Numbered from the stretch's first letter, positions 27,755 to 36,617 are shown. The stretch is 44,522 nucleotides of DNA from a candidate division WOR-3 bacterium (GCA_027050205.1 JALUCS010000060.1:1-44522); one strand, 5' to 3'. Program-made: numbers and translations. The notes: generated by a model from the letters alone, not told the origin.

Positions 27755-28097
27755 TCAGGTACCGGACGGCATCGTCCAGATCCCGGAAGTGCTTGAAGAG
27801 ACTGGAGAACCCCATTATCCGGAAGATCCTCTCAACGGATACCCTCAAATTCACGAGGACGAGGTCTCCGTTCTCCCTCCTCGCCTTGTATATGGACTGG
27901 ACCAGGACTCCCCACCCCATGGAGCTAACGTACCCCACACGCTCCATATTTACGGCAAACTTCTTGTAATTCTTTATAAGCTCTTTGAACTTCTCCCTGA
28001 AGGTGTCGGCCGTATAGGTGTCCAGATCCCCCTCAAGGTGGAGGATAAGGACGTCCGGATAACCTTCAACCTCTTCCGTAGTTATCTTTAGGGCCAT
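27741..28097 (-). CDS. Anti-sigma factor antagonist (STAS domain, RsbV/SpoIIAA-like)
   Basis: LEGDLDTYTA, YVSSMGWG, GDLVL, IF.IMGF; start MALKITT at 28097. Confidence 0.9.
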   Translation of the reverse strand: MALKITTEEVEGYPDVLILHLEGDLDTYTADTFREKFKELIKNYKKFAVNMERVGYVSSMGWGVLVQSIYKARRENGDLVLVNLRVSVERIFRIMGFSSLFKHFRDLDDAVRYLIKSR

Positions 28098-28099
28098 TA

Positions 28100-28453
28100 T
28101 CAGTACTTTCTCTTTAGGGCCTGTCTCATAGCCTCGCGCATGTCGTCGTAGGCCTTGAGGATGACCTTGAAGCCCATTATCCTGTAGACCCTCTTCACCT
28201 GCCCACGGAGGCCGTAGAGGACGAGGTTCCCACCCTTCTCTACGCTCTTCTTGTAGGCGGAGGACAGCGCCCCCCATCCGGAGGAACTAACGAACCCCAC
28301 CTCGGACATATCAACGACGAAGCGGTTCTTCCCCCTATCCAACTGCTCTTTGAAGAAACGCAGAAAATCTTGGGCCGTGTAGGTGTCCAGATCCCCCCGA
28401 AGTTTGAGGATGAGGACGTCCCCACCCTCAACGGCGGACAGGTCCAGTGCCAT
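28100..28453 (-). CDS. Anti-sigma factor antagonist (STAS domain), paralog
   Basis: LRGDLDTYTA, FVSSSGWG; start MALDLS at 28453, behind TATAAT 28464-28469. Confidence 0.9.
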   Translation of the reverse strand: MALDLSAVEGGDVLILKLRGDLDTYTAQDFLRFFKEQLDRGKNRFVVDMSEVGFVSSSGWGALSSAYKKSVEKGGNLVLYGLRGQVKRVYRIMGFKVILKAYDDMREAMRQALKRKY

Positions 28454-28550
28454 AAACGGTGGTATTATACTGGTGAAGTACGACCTTATCGTCCGTAGGG
28501 TGAGAAAGGATAAATTACACATTTAACGAATAATTGAGTATAATCAAACA

Positions 28551-29822
28551 CTAATATGGAAGCATTGCACCGTATCGGATGTACTGCCCAGTGATAGGGT
28601 CAAAGACGATAGCCCATTCGTGGAGCATCACGGGAGGGGCGTTCTTGGAAGGACTCAAGGGGGCCGGATAGTATCCGGGATAACTGACCTTCCCCGTCGT
28701 GGGGTCCAATACGACGCACACACTTCCCGCTACGTTGAGGTACCTGACGTTCAGGGGCGATGACTGTTTAGGAGGGGCATACGAGTACCAGAGTTCAAGC
28801 GACACCTCCACGATGGCGTCGGACAGGTTGGGGTTGGCGATGGCTATTACGCTGGAGGGTAAAACGTTGAGGCATCTCCTACCGTTTATTTCGGATACGC
28901 CGTAATCGTAGCAGCCGGTCCATATGCTGAAGTAGTCCGAATTCAAAAATCTATACAGATTTTCGCGATCTCCGGGTATTACGAAGATGTTTATAGGGAG
29001 GTTGGACTTTACGGAGTAGATAACATCCATACGACTGGAAACTTTAGGTAAATCCCCTACGTTCAACGTAGGGATCACCTTACTACCGCCCCTGACGAGG
29101 AACTTCATCCTCCGTTTATGTACGATATATATCCTGTTATCCTTGACGATCACCGTATCTCCCAGACTTCGGGCGGTTTCTTTGGCCCTCATCTCGGCAA
29201 AGGAGAATCTCGCGTACGCCGTCAATCTTTTAAGGTTTAGGTCGCAGGCTAAGGCAAACATATGGCCGGGAATCAGCACCAGATAGGTCCTTATCCCAAT
29301 GTTCTCAAGGAGGGACACCAGGAGGATGCTCAAATCCTCACAGTCTCCCCCTCCCATCCTCATCGTCGTAAATGGAGACTGGATAAAGTCGTCCGGTCTT
29401 GGATCCGAGCGGTAGCGGTAGTTTTCAACGATGTACCTGTAAATCGCATTCACCATACACTCCCTGTCGCCGTCCGGACAGTCCCTCACTATCCTTCCCG
29501 CCTTTAGCCTTAAATATCGGTTCGGGACGCATACCTTTGCCAGATACGGACGTATCCAGCGGTACGTTGTATCACCTCTGTGCATCTCGTCAATCTTTGA
29601 TAAGTTTGGATTTGAGCAGTTGTACCTCCTTAAGGTTCTTTTTTGAGTTCTCGGATACCTTTGATCACCTTTGGCGGGACTTTTAGATATCCGTCCCCTA
29701 TATCTGCGATTAATGGCTATGTTAAGGGTTTTATTGATCTCCTCCAAAGAATCGCAGTTCAGATTCAGGGCCTGGAACATCACGAGGACAATTACGGGGA
29801 GGACACCCCTTCCCCTTATCAT
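28551..29822 (-). CDS. Transglutaminase-like cysteine protease domain protein
   Basis: YRSDPR..FIQSP..T...GGGDCED.SILL.SLL..IGI..GH; distal VLDPT; atypical AT-richer codon usage. Confidence 0.8.
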   Translation of the reverse strand: MIRGRGVLPVIVLVMFQALNLNCDSLEEINKTLNIAINRRYRGRISKSPAKGDQRYPRTQKRTLRRYNCSNPNLSKIDEMHRGDTTYRWIRPYLAKVCVPNRYLRLKAGRIVRDCPDGDRECMVNAIYRYIVENYRYRSDPRPDDFIQSPFTTMRMGGGDCEDLSILLVSLLENIGIRTYLVLIPGHMFALACDLNLKRLTAYARFSFAEMRAKETARSLGDTVIVKDNRIYIVHKRRMKFLVRGGSKVIPTLNVGDLPKVSSRMDVIYSVKSNLPINIFVIPGDRENLYRFLNSDYFSIWTGCYDYGVSEINGRRCLNVLPSSVIAIANPNLSDAIVEVSLELWYSYAPPKQSSPLNVRYLNVAGSVCVVLDPTTGKVSYPGYYPAPLSPSKNAPPVMLHEWAIVFDPITGQYIRYGAMLPY

Positions 29823-29883
29823 AAGAGCATGATTCTAAAGGAGATGCCGTACGTTAAGGGTGAAGCAGGTTTAAAATACTCCC

Positions 29884-30816
29884 TTGAGGAAGTTTCTTGG
29901 TGTGTTCCTTTTGGCGGTCCTCGTCTCCGGATGTGGCAGGAAGGCCAAGATGGTGATCGGGACGAGCAGGGAGGTCCTGATGGCCTACTCCGAAGATACC
30001 AAATTCTCGGCGGGGGCCTTGTACAAGTATATGATCCGCGTCCTCTACACCCCGCAGCCGGAGACCCTCATCTACGTCCACCCCATAAAGTGGGACCGGT
30101 TCCCACAGTTTGACAACTACAGGAACAAGATCCTCTTCCTTCTACCCAACGATTCCCTGTGGAAACTGTGTAAGGAGGAGGAGGGCATATTCTTTCGGAA
30201 GGATATGTTCGTCAGAGGGGACTTTACCGTCCTCGTATGCTCCTACGATTCCCGTGCTATGCTGCGGATGGTCTCCGACAACCTCCCCATAATATGGGAC
30301 ACCCTCCTCAACAAGGCCATACGGGAACTTTCCGAGGTGGAGTTTATGGGAGGGAAGAACCGTAAGCTAATGAAGTTGGTAGAGAGGGAGACGGGTCTCA
30401 AGATGGTGATACCGGCAGGGTGGAGCGTGTATAGGAGGGGGGAGGGCTTCGTGTCCTTCATAAAGTCCCATCCGAGCCGTTTCATATTCGTCTATACCGA
30501 GCCTTCGGAGAGGTTGATAACCTTGGAGGATATCCTCAACCTTAGGGACAGCCTGACGACCCTCTACTACAAGGGAGACAGCGTAGTCAGGGAGTACGTG
30601 ACGTCTATGACCGACGATGTGGGCGGTGTTCAGGTCTTCAAGGTCTACGGCCTCTGGAAGAACGACACCCTCATCGCCGGTGGGCCTTTCGTGACCTACG
30701 CCTTCAATAAGGATGGAAGGTTCTACCTGTTGGATGCGGGAGTCTTCGCCCCGGAGAGCCAGAACAAGGTCAATCTCATCCTAAGAGTGGAGGGCATCAT
30801 TAGGACCTTCCGGTGA
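29884..30816 (+). CDS. DUF4837-like lipoprotein
   Basis: Lipobox VSGC; TPQPE, LRDS, GLW..GGPF..Y, VFAP..K motifs; TAAAAT at 29872-29877, 6 nt before TTG. Confidence 0.75.
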   Translation: MRKFLGVFLLAVLVSGCGRKAKMVIGTSREVLMAYSEDTKFSAGALYKYMIRVLYTPQPETLIYVHPIKWDRFPQFDNYRNKILFLLPNDSLWKLCKEEEGIFFRKDMFVRGDFTVLVCSYDSRAMLRMVSDNLPIIWDTLLNKAIRELSEVEFMGGKNRKLMKLVERETGLKMVIPAGWSVYRRGEGFVSFIKSHPSRFIFVYTEPSERLITLEDILNLRDSLTTLYYKGDSVVREYVTSMTDDVGGVQVFKVYGLWKNDTLIAGGPFVTYAFNKDGRFYLLDAGVFAPESQNKVNLILRVEGIIRTFR

Positions 30817-30854
30817 CGGTGGGAGGTTTATCCGAGGTCTAAAGATGTATCGGT

Positions 30855-30925
30855 CGGCATTACGCTGATGGGGTGGCACTCTGCCCTTCGCCTGAACTTA
30901 GCCGTTAACGGATTTTGAACAGCAT
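30855..30925 (+). repeat. Dispersed degenerate non-coding element, copy A
   Basis: Shares CGGCATTACGCT with 40056-40067 and two blocks (22/31 and 16/17 identity) with the minus strand of 37542-37665. Confidence 0.6.
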
Positions 30926-31306
30926 CAGGAAGGACCTGTCCTTTCGTCAAATAGAGGTATGGGTGGGCGTTCGGATACGCCCTCAAAACTAAAAATCTGT
31001 CTTAAGGAAACTTGATCTACGCTTTAAAAAATCTTCAGTTTCGCTTCAGAATTCTTTCAAGCTCCATTTCCGGTAGAGAACCGTCCGAAACTTGAAGTCT
31101 AAACTCGGAAAATTGGAAGTTTCATTTCGGAAAATCGCGAGTTTGGAAGAAATTCTTTCAATACACATTATAAAATTTTATGATGCATTTTTCACAAAGT
31201 AGTGAATAGCTGTAGTCTGATTTCGTTCCAACGCCTCCCCGTAGGCCATGCCCTACCCGACGAGCGGTAAGACCACTCACCAGTCCGCCATCGCCCAAAG
31301 GGGAAC

Positions 31307-31335
31307 TTGACAAATCGCCCTTTTCCTGCCATTAT
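31307..31335 (+). promoter_or_regulatory. hsp20 promoter TTGACA-N17-CATTAT (TGn extended -10); SD AAGGAGGTG before ATG 31385
   Basis: Perfect -35 hexamer, 17-nt spacer; gives a leadered transcript. Confidence 0.65.
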
Positions 31336-31384
31336 TCCACGGACGCAAGTTAACATAAGTTAAAACCAAAAAGGAGGTGAAACC

Positions 31385-31819
31385 ATGGCAAGGCTCGTAA
31401 GGTTTGATCCCTTCAGGGAGCTTGAGGCCCTCCGTAGGGAGATGGAGAGGGTGTTTGACACCTTTCTCGCCGAGAGGGGCATAGAGGGGGAGTTCGTATG
31501 GACGCCTCCCCTTGAGGTCAAGGAGACCGACGACCGCTACATCGTCCGCATGGACATCCCCGGCGTCAACAAGGAGGATATCAAGATAGAGATCAGCGAC
31601 AACACCCTCATCGTCTCCGGCGAGCGCAAGGAGGAGAAAGAGGAGAAGGAGGCCAACTACTACCGCCGTGAGATCGCCTACGGCTCCTTCTACCGCGCCA
31701 TCCAGCTACCCTCCGACATAGACCCCGAAAAGATAAGCGCCAAGTACGAGAACGGCGTCCTCGTCATAGAGGTGCCTAAGAGCGAGAAGGCCAAGAAGAG
31801 GGAGATCAAGGTCCAGTAA
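31385..31819 (+). CDS. Small heat shock protein Hsp20/alpha-crystallin family
   Basis: FDPFREL, DIPGV.KEDI, E..YGSF.R.I.LP, A.YENGVL.I.VPK, IKV tail. Confidence 0.95.
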   Translation: MARLVRFDPFRELEALRREMERVFDTFLAERGIEGEFVWTPPLEVKETDDRYIVRMDIPGVNKEDIKIEISDNTLIVSGERKEEKEEKEANYYRREIAYGSFYRAIQLPSDIDPEKISAKYENGVLVIEVPKSEKAKKREIKVQ

Positions 31820-31825
31820 AACGTT

Positions 31826-31844
31826 GGGGCGGCTTTGCCGCCCC
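31826..31844. terminator. GC-rich hairpin after hsp20, probable terminator or stabiliser
   Basis: GGGGCGGC-TTT-GCCGCCCC; no U-tract on the + strand; a second small hairpin follows. Confidence 0.55.
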
Positions 31845-31877
31845 CTCCCCTTAGGGGGACAACGTTAGAATCCCCCC

Positions 31878-32381
31878 TTGATGCGAAGGTTAAGGGAGAT
31901 ACTAAGACGCGATAACCTCATCTTCTCGCTTCTGCTCCTTCTGTACGCCGTCCTCTTGGGGATGTTGGACCTCATAACGAAGGCGTGGGCCTACTCCTCC
32001 CTTGAGATGCACAGCCCCGTAAAGGTGTGGGGGGATTTCCTGCGTTTCACTTTGGTGATCAACTACAATACCGCCTTCGGCCTGTCCTTCGGTGAGAACT
32101 TCCCCTACGCCCTGATGGCCTCGCTTCTCGCCCTCTTCTTGCTCGCCGTGATGGTGTGGGAGAGGAGGAAGCTCTACAAGTTCCTGTACGCCACCATCCT
32201 CGGAGGGGCCATAGGCAACATAATAGACAGGGTACTGCGTGGGGGGGTGGTGGACTTCGTGGATGTGGGCATAGGAAACTTCCGCTGGTACACCTTCAAC
32301 CTCGCCGACGTGTGGGTGTCTATAGGACTGGCGGGCCTCATTCTGCTGATGCTCTTCGGGGAGAGGAACCCTCGGTCGTAG
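31878..32381 (+). CDS. lspA: Lipoprotein signal peptidase II
   Basis: DLITK, N..AFG, GGAIGNIIDR, VVDF, FNLAD; start TTG 31878 or ATG 31881, behind TAGAAT 31866-31871. Confidence 0.95.
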   Translation: MMRRLREILRRDNLIFSLLLLLYAVLLGMLDLITKAWAYSSLEMHSPVKVWGDFLRFTLVINYNTAFGLSFGENFPYALMASLLALFLLAVMVWERRKLYKFLYATILGGAIGNIIDRVLRGGVVDFVDVGIGNFRWYTFNLADVWVSIGLAGLILLMLFGERNPRS

Positions 32382-32395
32382 AATAGAGCCTTCCT

Positions 32396-33730
32396 ATGTG
32401 CGGCATAGTGGGTGTAAGGAGTGCGAAGGGGGTCCGTTTGAGCCGACTCATCACCGTTCTGCAGGGCCTCCAGCACAGGGGACAGGAGGCGAGTGGTTTC
32501 GCCGGTATAACGGTGGATGGTAGGGAGGTGAGCTTTAAGGATCTGGGTCTGGTCGCCGACGTCTTCAAACGCTACGGACACGACCCCCTCCTAAAGGTGG
32601 CCATAGCCCATACCCGGTACTCCACTCGTGGGGAGACCTACAGGCCGGAGAACGTTCAACCCTTCGTCGGTTTCATCGGCGGGAGGATGGTCGCCCTCGT
32701 CCATAACGGGAACCTGACCAACTACGCCGAGCTGAAGGGGGAGTTGGAGAGTGAGGGGGTCGTATTCCGCTCAACGTCCGATTCCGAGGTCATTTTGCTC
32801 CTCTACGCAAAGGAGGGGGGAAGCCCACAGGAGAAGATCAAGCGGATGGCGGGGAGGTTGGAGGGGGCCTGGACGGTGCTGCTTGTGGACGGGGATCGCC
32901 TCGTAGCCTTCAGGGACCCCTACGGCTTCCGCCCCCTATGGATGGGTGGGGACGGTGAGGAGGTGTGGTTTGCATCCGAGGACTCCGCCTTGAGGGCGGC
33001 GGATATAGAGGTGGTCAGGGAGGTGTCCATAGGCGAGGGGTACGTCGTAGGGGAGGAGGTTGAGAGATTCTACGTAAGGAGGAAGGGAAAGCTACCCTGT
33101 TCGTTTGAGCTGGTGTACTTCGCCCGCCCGGACAGCAACATCTTCGGTAGGTCGGTCTACGAGTGGAGGCTCAAGGCGGGGGAGATACTCGCGGAGGCCG
33201 ACCCCGTAAAAGGGGACGTGGTGGTACCCGTCCCGGACTCCGGCACCATCTACGCCATAGGGTATTCGGGGCGCTCCGGTGTTCCCTTTCAGATGGGCTT
33301 GATAAGGAGCCACTACGTCGGGAGGAGCTTCATCCAACCGAGTCAGGATATGAGACGCAGGACGGTGAGGGCCAAGCTCTTTCCCGTCCCCTTCGTCCTC
33401 AAGGGCCGCAGGGTGATACTCGTAGACGACTCCCTCGTCAGGGGGACGACCATGCGGGAGATCGTGAGGATGGTCAGGGAGGTTGGGGCGAGGGAGGTCC
33501 ATGTAAGGATAGGTTCCCCTCCCGTCGTCTCCCCGTGCTACTTCGGAATAGATACCCCCACGAGGGAGGAACTCGCCGCCGCCCGTATGAGTAGCGAGGA
33601 GATAGGTCGCTTCATAGAGGCCGACAGCATCCTCTACCTACCCTTGGATAGGTACCTTCGGGAGATGGAGGGCTTCTGCGTATCCTGTTTCACCGGAAAC
33701 TACAAGGTGAAGGTTCCGGATACCCGGTAG
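32396..33730 (+). CDS. purF: Amidophosphoribosyltransferase (4Fe-4S type)
   Basis: N-terminal MCGI, LQHRGQE, HNGNL, VDDSLVRGTT, Fe-S cysteines (CSFE, PCYFG, CVSC). Confidence 0.96.
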   Translation: MCGIVGVRSAKGVRLSRLITVLQGLQHRGQEASGFAGITVDGREVSFKDLGLVADVFKRYGHDPLLKVAIAHTRYSTRGETYRPENVQPFVGFIGGRMVALVHNGNLTNYAELKGELESEGVVFRSTSDSEVILLLYAKEGGSPQEKIKRMAGRLEGAWTVLLVDGDRLVAFRDPYGFRPLWMGGDGEEVWFASEDSALRAADIEVVREVSIGEGYVVGEEVERFYVRRKGKLPCSFELVYFARPDSNIFGRSVYEWRLKAGEILAEADPVKGDVVVPVPDSGTIYAIGYSGRSGVPFQMGLIRSHYVGRSFIQPSQDMRRRTVRAKLFPVPFVLKGRRVILVDDSLVRGTTMREIVRMVREVGAREVHVRIGSPPVVSPCYFGIDTPTREELAAARMSSEEIGRFIEADSILYLPLDRYLREMEGFCVSCFTGNYKVKVPDTR

Positions 33731-33759
33731 ATAACGGACCGAGCCTATAATCTTACCCT

Positions 33760-34236
33760 ATGCGGGTAGCGATGGTGGTAGGTAGCTCTTCGGACCTGCC
33801 TATAGTTAAGGAAGCCTACAGGCTACTCCGGGACTTCGGGGTTGAGGTGGAGGTGCGGGTCCTCTCCGCCCACCGGACACCGGAGGAGCTTAGGGAGTAC
33901 GTTAAGGAGGCGGATGAGAAGGGGGTTGAGGTCTTCATAGCCGCAGCCGGAAAGGCCGCCCACCTTCCGGGGGTGGTGGCGGCCCACACCACTAAGCCCG
34001 TCATCGGCCTCCCCATCCCTGCCAAACACCTCTACGGTATAGACGCCCTCCTCTCCATCGTTCAGATGCCCCCCGGAGTACCCGTAGCCACCGTCGGCGT
34101 TGGCGAGGCCCGGAACGCCGCCCTCCTGGCCGTTCAGATCCTCTCCCTCAAGTACGGGGAACTGGCGGAGAGATTGAAGGAGTACAGGGAGGGGATGAGG
34201 AAGAGGGTCCTGTCTTCCGAGGTAGAGATGGAATGA
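33760..34236 (+). CDS. purE: N5-CAIR mutase
   Basis: GSSSDL, SAHRTP, AAHLPG, SIVQMPPGVPVATV; TATAAT at 33746-33751. Confidence 0.96.
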   Translation: MRVAMVVGSSSDLPIVKEAYRLLRDFGVEVEVRVLSAHRTPEELREYVKEADEKGVEVFIAAAGKAAHLPGVVAAHTTKPVIGLPIPAKHLYGIDALLSIVQMPPGVPVATVGVGEARNAALLAVQILSLKYGELAERLKEYREGMRKRVLSSEVEME

Positions 34237-34967
34237 ACTTCAAAGGTTTTTCGGAGATAGCGAAGATTTACGACCTCCTGTTTGAGGACATAGACTACGG
34301 GGAGTGGGCGGTGTATATCTCCAAGATACTGAACTTCGCCCCTATACCCGTCAGGAGGATCCTGGAAGTGGGTTGCGGCACGGGGAACCTAACGAGGGAG
34401 TTGGTAAGGTTGGGGTACGAGGTCGTAGGGGTGGACGTCTCCGAGGGTATGTTGGAGGTGGCGAGGAGGAAGGTGCCGGGGGTGAGGTTCGTAAGGGCGG
34501 ACGTGAGGGAGCTGGCCCTCGGTGAGGAGTACGATGCCGTCGTCAGCACCTTTGACAGTTTAAACAACCTCCTGACGGAGGAGGACCTCGCCCTCGCCTT
34601 CAAGCGGATCAGGGAGCATCTGAAACCCCGCGGCATATTCGTCGGCGACCTAAACACCCCCTACGCTATGATGACGGACTGGAACGACACCCTCTTTGTG
34701 AAGGAGGTGGGGGACGGTATCCTGACCATATGGCGAGGGGAGTACGTAGGGGACAGTGTATCGGAGTTGAACCTGACGGTCTTCCTGCCCGTAGGTGAGG
34801 GCCTTTACAGGAGGATGGACGAGACCTTCAGGGAGAAGGGCTACTCCCCCAACGTTGTGATGCGGCTCCTGAAGGGCGCCGGCTTCATAAGGGTGTGGGC
34901 CTTTGACGACACCTCCTTTGAGAAACCCACCCGCAGATCCAAACGGGTGACCTACGCTGCTATCTGA
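34233..34967 (+). CDS. Class I SAM-dependent methyltransferase
   Basis: LEVGCGTG, GVDVS..ML, FDSLN; ATGA overlap with purE. Confidence 0.9.
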   Translation: MNFKGFSEIAKIYDLLFEDIDYGEWAVYISKILNFAPIPVRRILEVGCGTGNLTRELVRLGYEVVGVDVSEGMLEVARRKVPGVRFVRADVRELALGEEYDAVVSTFDSLNNLLTEEDLALAFKRIREHLKPRGIFVGDLNTPYAMMTDWNDTLFVKEVGDGILTIWRGEYVGDSVSELNLTVFLPVGEGLYRRMDETFREKGYSPNVVMRLLKGAGFIRVWAFDDTSFEKPTRRSKRVTYAAI

Positions 34968-36525
34968 TCACCACCTTCGCCCGCCCACCTCCGTAGGTCA
35001 GGAAATAGATACCGGGCTGAAGGGATACCTTACCCGGACCGTACCGCCCCACCAACCTACCGTCCGCACCCCATACGGCTACCTTCCCCTTGAGGACGAG
35101 GCTTCGCCCGACCACTTCCCATACCTTTTCGGCATGCTTAGGGTGGGCCTCTCCCGTACTTAGGTCCCCCAACTCCGAGAGGATACCGCAGTTGCTCAAA
35201 GGTCCGTCAAGGACGAGCAGGCTATCCACGTAGGACACGCAACGGTACATCACTATCTCCGAGCATCCGTCCCCGTCCACATCCCCGACGGCCACGCTGG
35301 GGTCCGTATAGCACCCGTGTATCCGGCTGTACTCCACGTTCCCGTTCCGGGTGTCAAATATGCGGAGGCGACCGGGTGGTGAGAGGTCCCCGTCGCAGGT
35401 CTTTATCACCTCCCACCTGCCGTCGTGGTCGTAATCTACGGCCGCAAGGCTCGCGTCCCAGCAGGAGTTCCCCTCCGGTCCGAAGTCCCACGATACGGAG
35501 GCGGAAGTACCCGTCTGGTCTATCCTATAGACGTGCTGGTCCCATCCGAGGAATATCTCCGGCCTACCGCTCGCATCCACGTCCAAGGTGGCGAAGTACT
35601 GGAAGCCTATGGCCCCGATGTTCCTACCCAAGTCAAGGGACCAGAGGAGGCTACCGTTGTGATTTACGGCCTTTAGGGTCTGGTCGTGGGGTCCGTAGGC
35701 GTTATCTGTGAATACTACGTCGTATCTCCCGTCGCCGTTGAGGTCCTTCAGGGAAGGGGTCTGGATGTCGGTCGTCGTGCTTATCGGATATATCCACTCA
35801 AGGGCGCCCGTGCGACCGTTGTAGGCCCTTAGACCGTTCCTTCGGGTCTTAACCACTATCTCCTGCGTCCCGTCTCCATCTATATCCCACACCGCCGGCG
35901 TAGAGTAGGCCGGTTGCCCGTCGTAGCTCGTTACGTACTCGGAGTTGTCCATCACCCTGCTCCATATGACCTGTCCGTTTGACCCCCTTAGGACGTAGAG
36001 GACGGGGATACGAGAGGAGTTATGCTCTATGTAGATGACCTCCGGTCCGGAGAAGGTGGGGACCACGTCTGCCACGACCGGGGAGGATCCGAGGTTTGAG
36101 ACGTACCGGTACCACAGCCTCCGCCCGTCCCGACCCCTAAGGGCCACGAGCTGGGTAGAAGTCCTGATAACTACGTCGTCAAGGCCGTCCCCGTTGAGAT
36201 CCCCACAGGCCGGCGTAGCATACTCCGCTCCGCTTCCGTACGTCTTACTCCACAGCAGCGCACCGTTCGTACCGGCGAAGGCGAAAACCTTGTTGCTGTA
36301 GTAGTTCGTCGTCTTCACAACGACCTCACCGCCGGCGTAGGAGTTGGTAAGGTTGCATATCACAGGAGAGCCGTGGATGTTCAAGGAGTACCGACTTCCA
36401 AGGTACTTCTTCCACTTTACGAACACGTACGTCATACCACCCCTAAGGGGCTGTACCCCTATGTGCCTGGGGTCCTTACCGTACATCTTCCAGTATCCTA
36501 CTCCACCGACGAGGAGGATTACCAT
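34960..36525 (-). CDS. Secreted FG-GAP/PQQ-like beta-propeller protein with T9SS-like CTD
   Basis: Repeated TPA..D(L/I)(N/D)GDG..(E/D)(I/V)V Ca-binding motifs and G...W repeats; C-terminus WGADGRLV..PGIYFL..KVVIR; start moved to ATG 36525, behind TACAAT 36535-36540. Confidence 0.85.
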   Translation of the reverse strand: MVILLVGGVGYWKMYGKDPRHIGVQPLRGGMTYVFVKWKKYLGSRYSLNIHGSPVICNLTNSYAGGEVVVKTTNYYSNKVFAFAGTNGALLWSKTYGSGAEYATPACGDLNGDGLDDVVIRTSTQLVALRGRDGRRLWYRYVSNLGSSPVVADVVPTFSGPEVIYIEHNSSRIPVLYVLRGSNGQVIWSRVMDNSEYVTSYDGQPAYSTPAVWDIDGDGTQEIVVKTRRNGLRAYNGRTGALEWIYPISTTTDIQTPSLKDLNGDGRYDVVFTDNAYGPHDQTLKAVNHNGSLLWSLDLGRNIGAIGFQYFATLDVDASGRPEIFLGWDQHVYRIDQTGTSASVSWDFGPEGNSCWDASLAAVDYDHDGRWEVIKTCDGDLSPPGRLRIFDTRNGNVEYSRIHGCYTDPSVAVGDVDGDGCSEIVMYRCVSYVDSLLVLDGPLSNCGILSELGDLSTGEAHPKHAEKVWEVVGRSLVLKGKVAVWGADGRLVGRYGPGKVSLQPGIYFLTYGGGRAKVVIR

Positions 36526-36617
36526 AGAGATTGAATTGTAAGGGAGGATGACAACCAAGAAACCGTACGTCCAAACTGAAATTCTCAAATTTGTAGTAAA
36601 ATTTCAAATTTTTTAAC

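Noticed and set aside
30872..30901. CIRCE element upstream of hsp20
   Set aside because: Only a left-arm-like TGGCACTC; no GAGTGCTAA arm at 9-nt spacing, and it is far from the promoter
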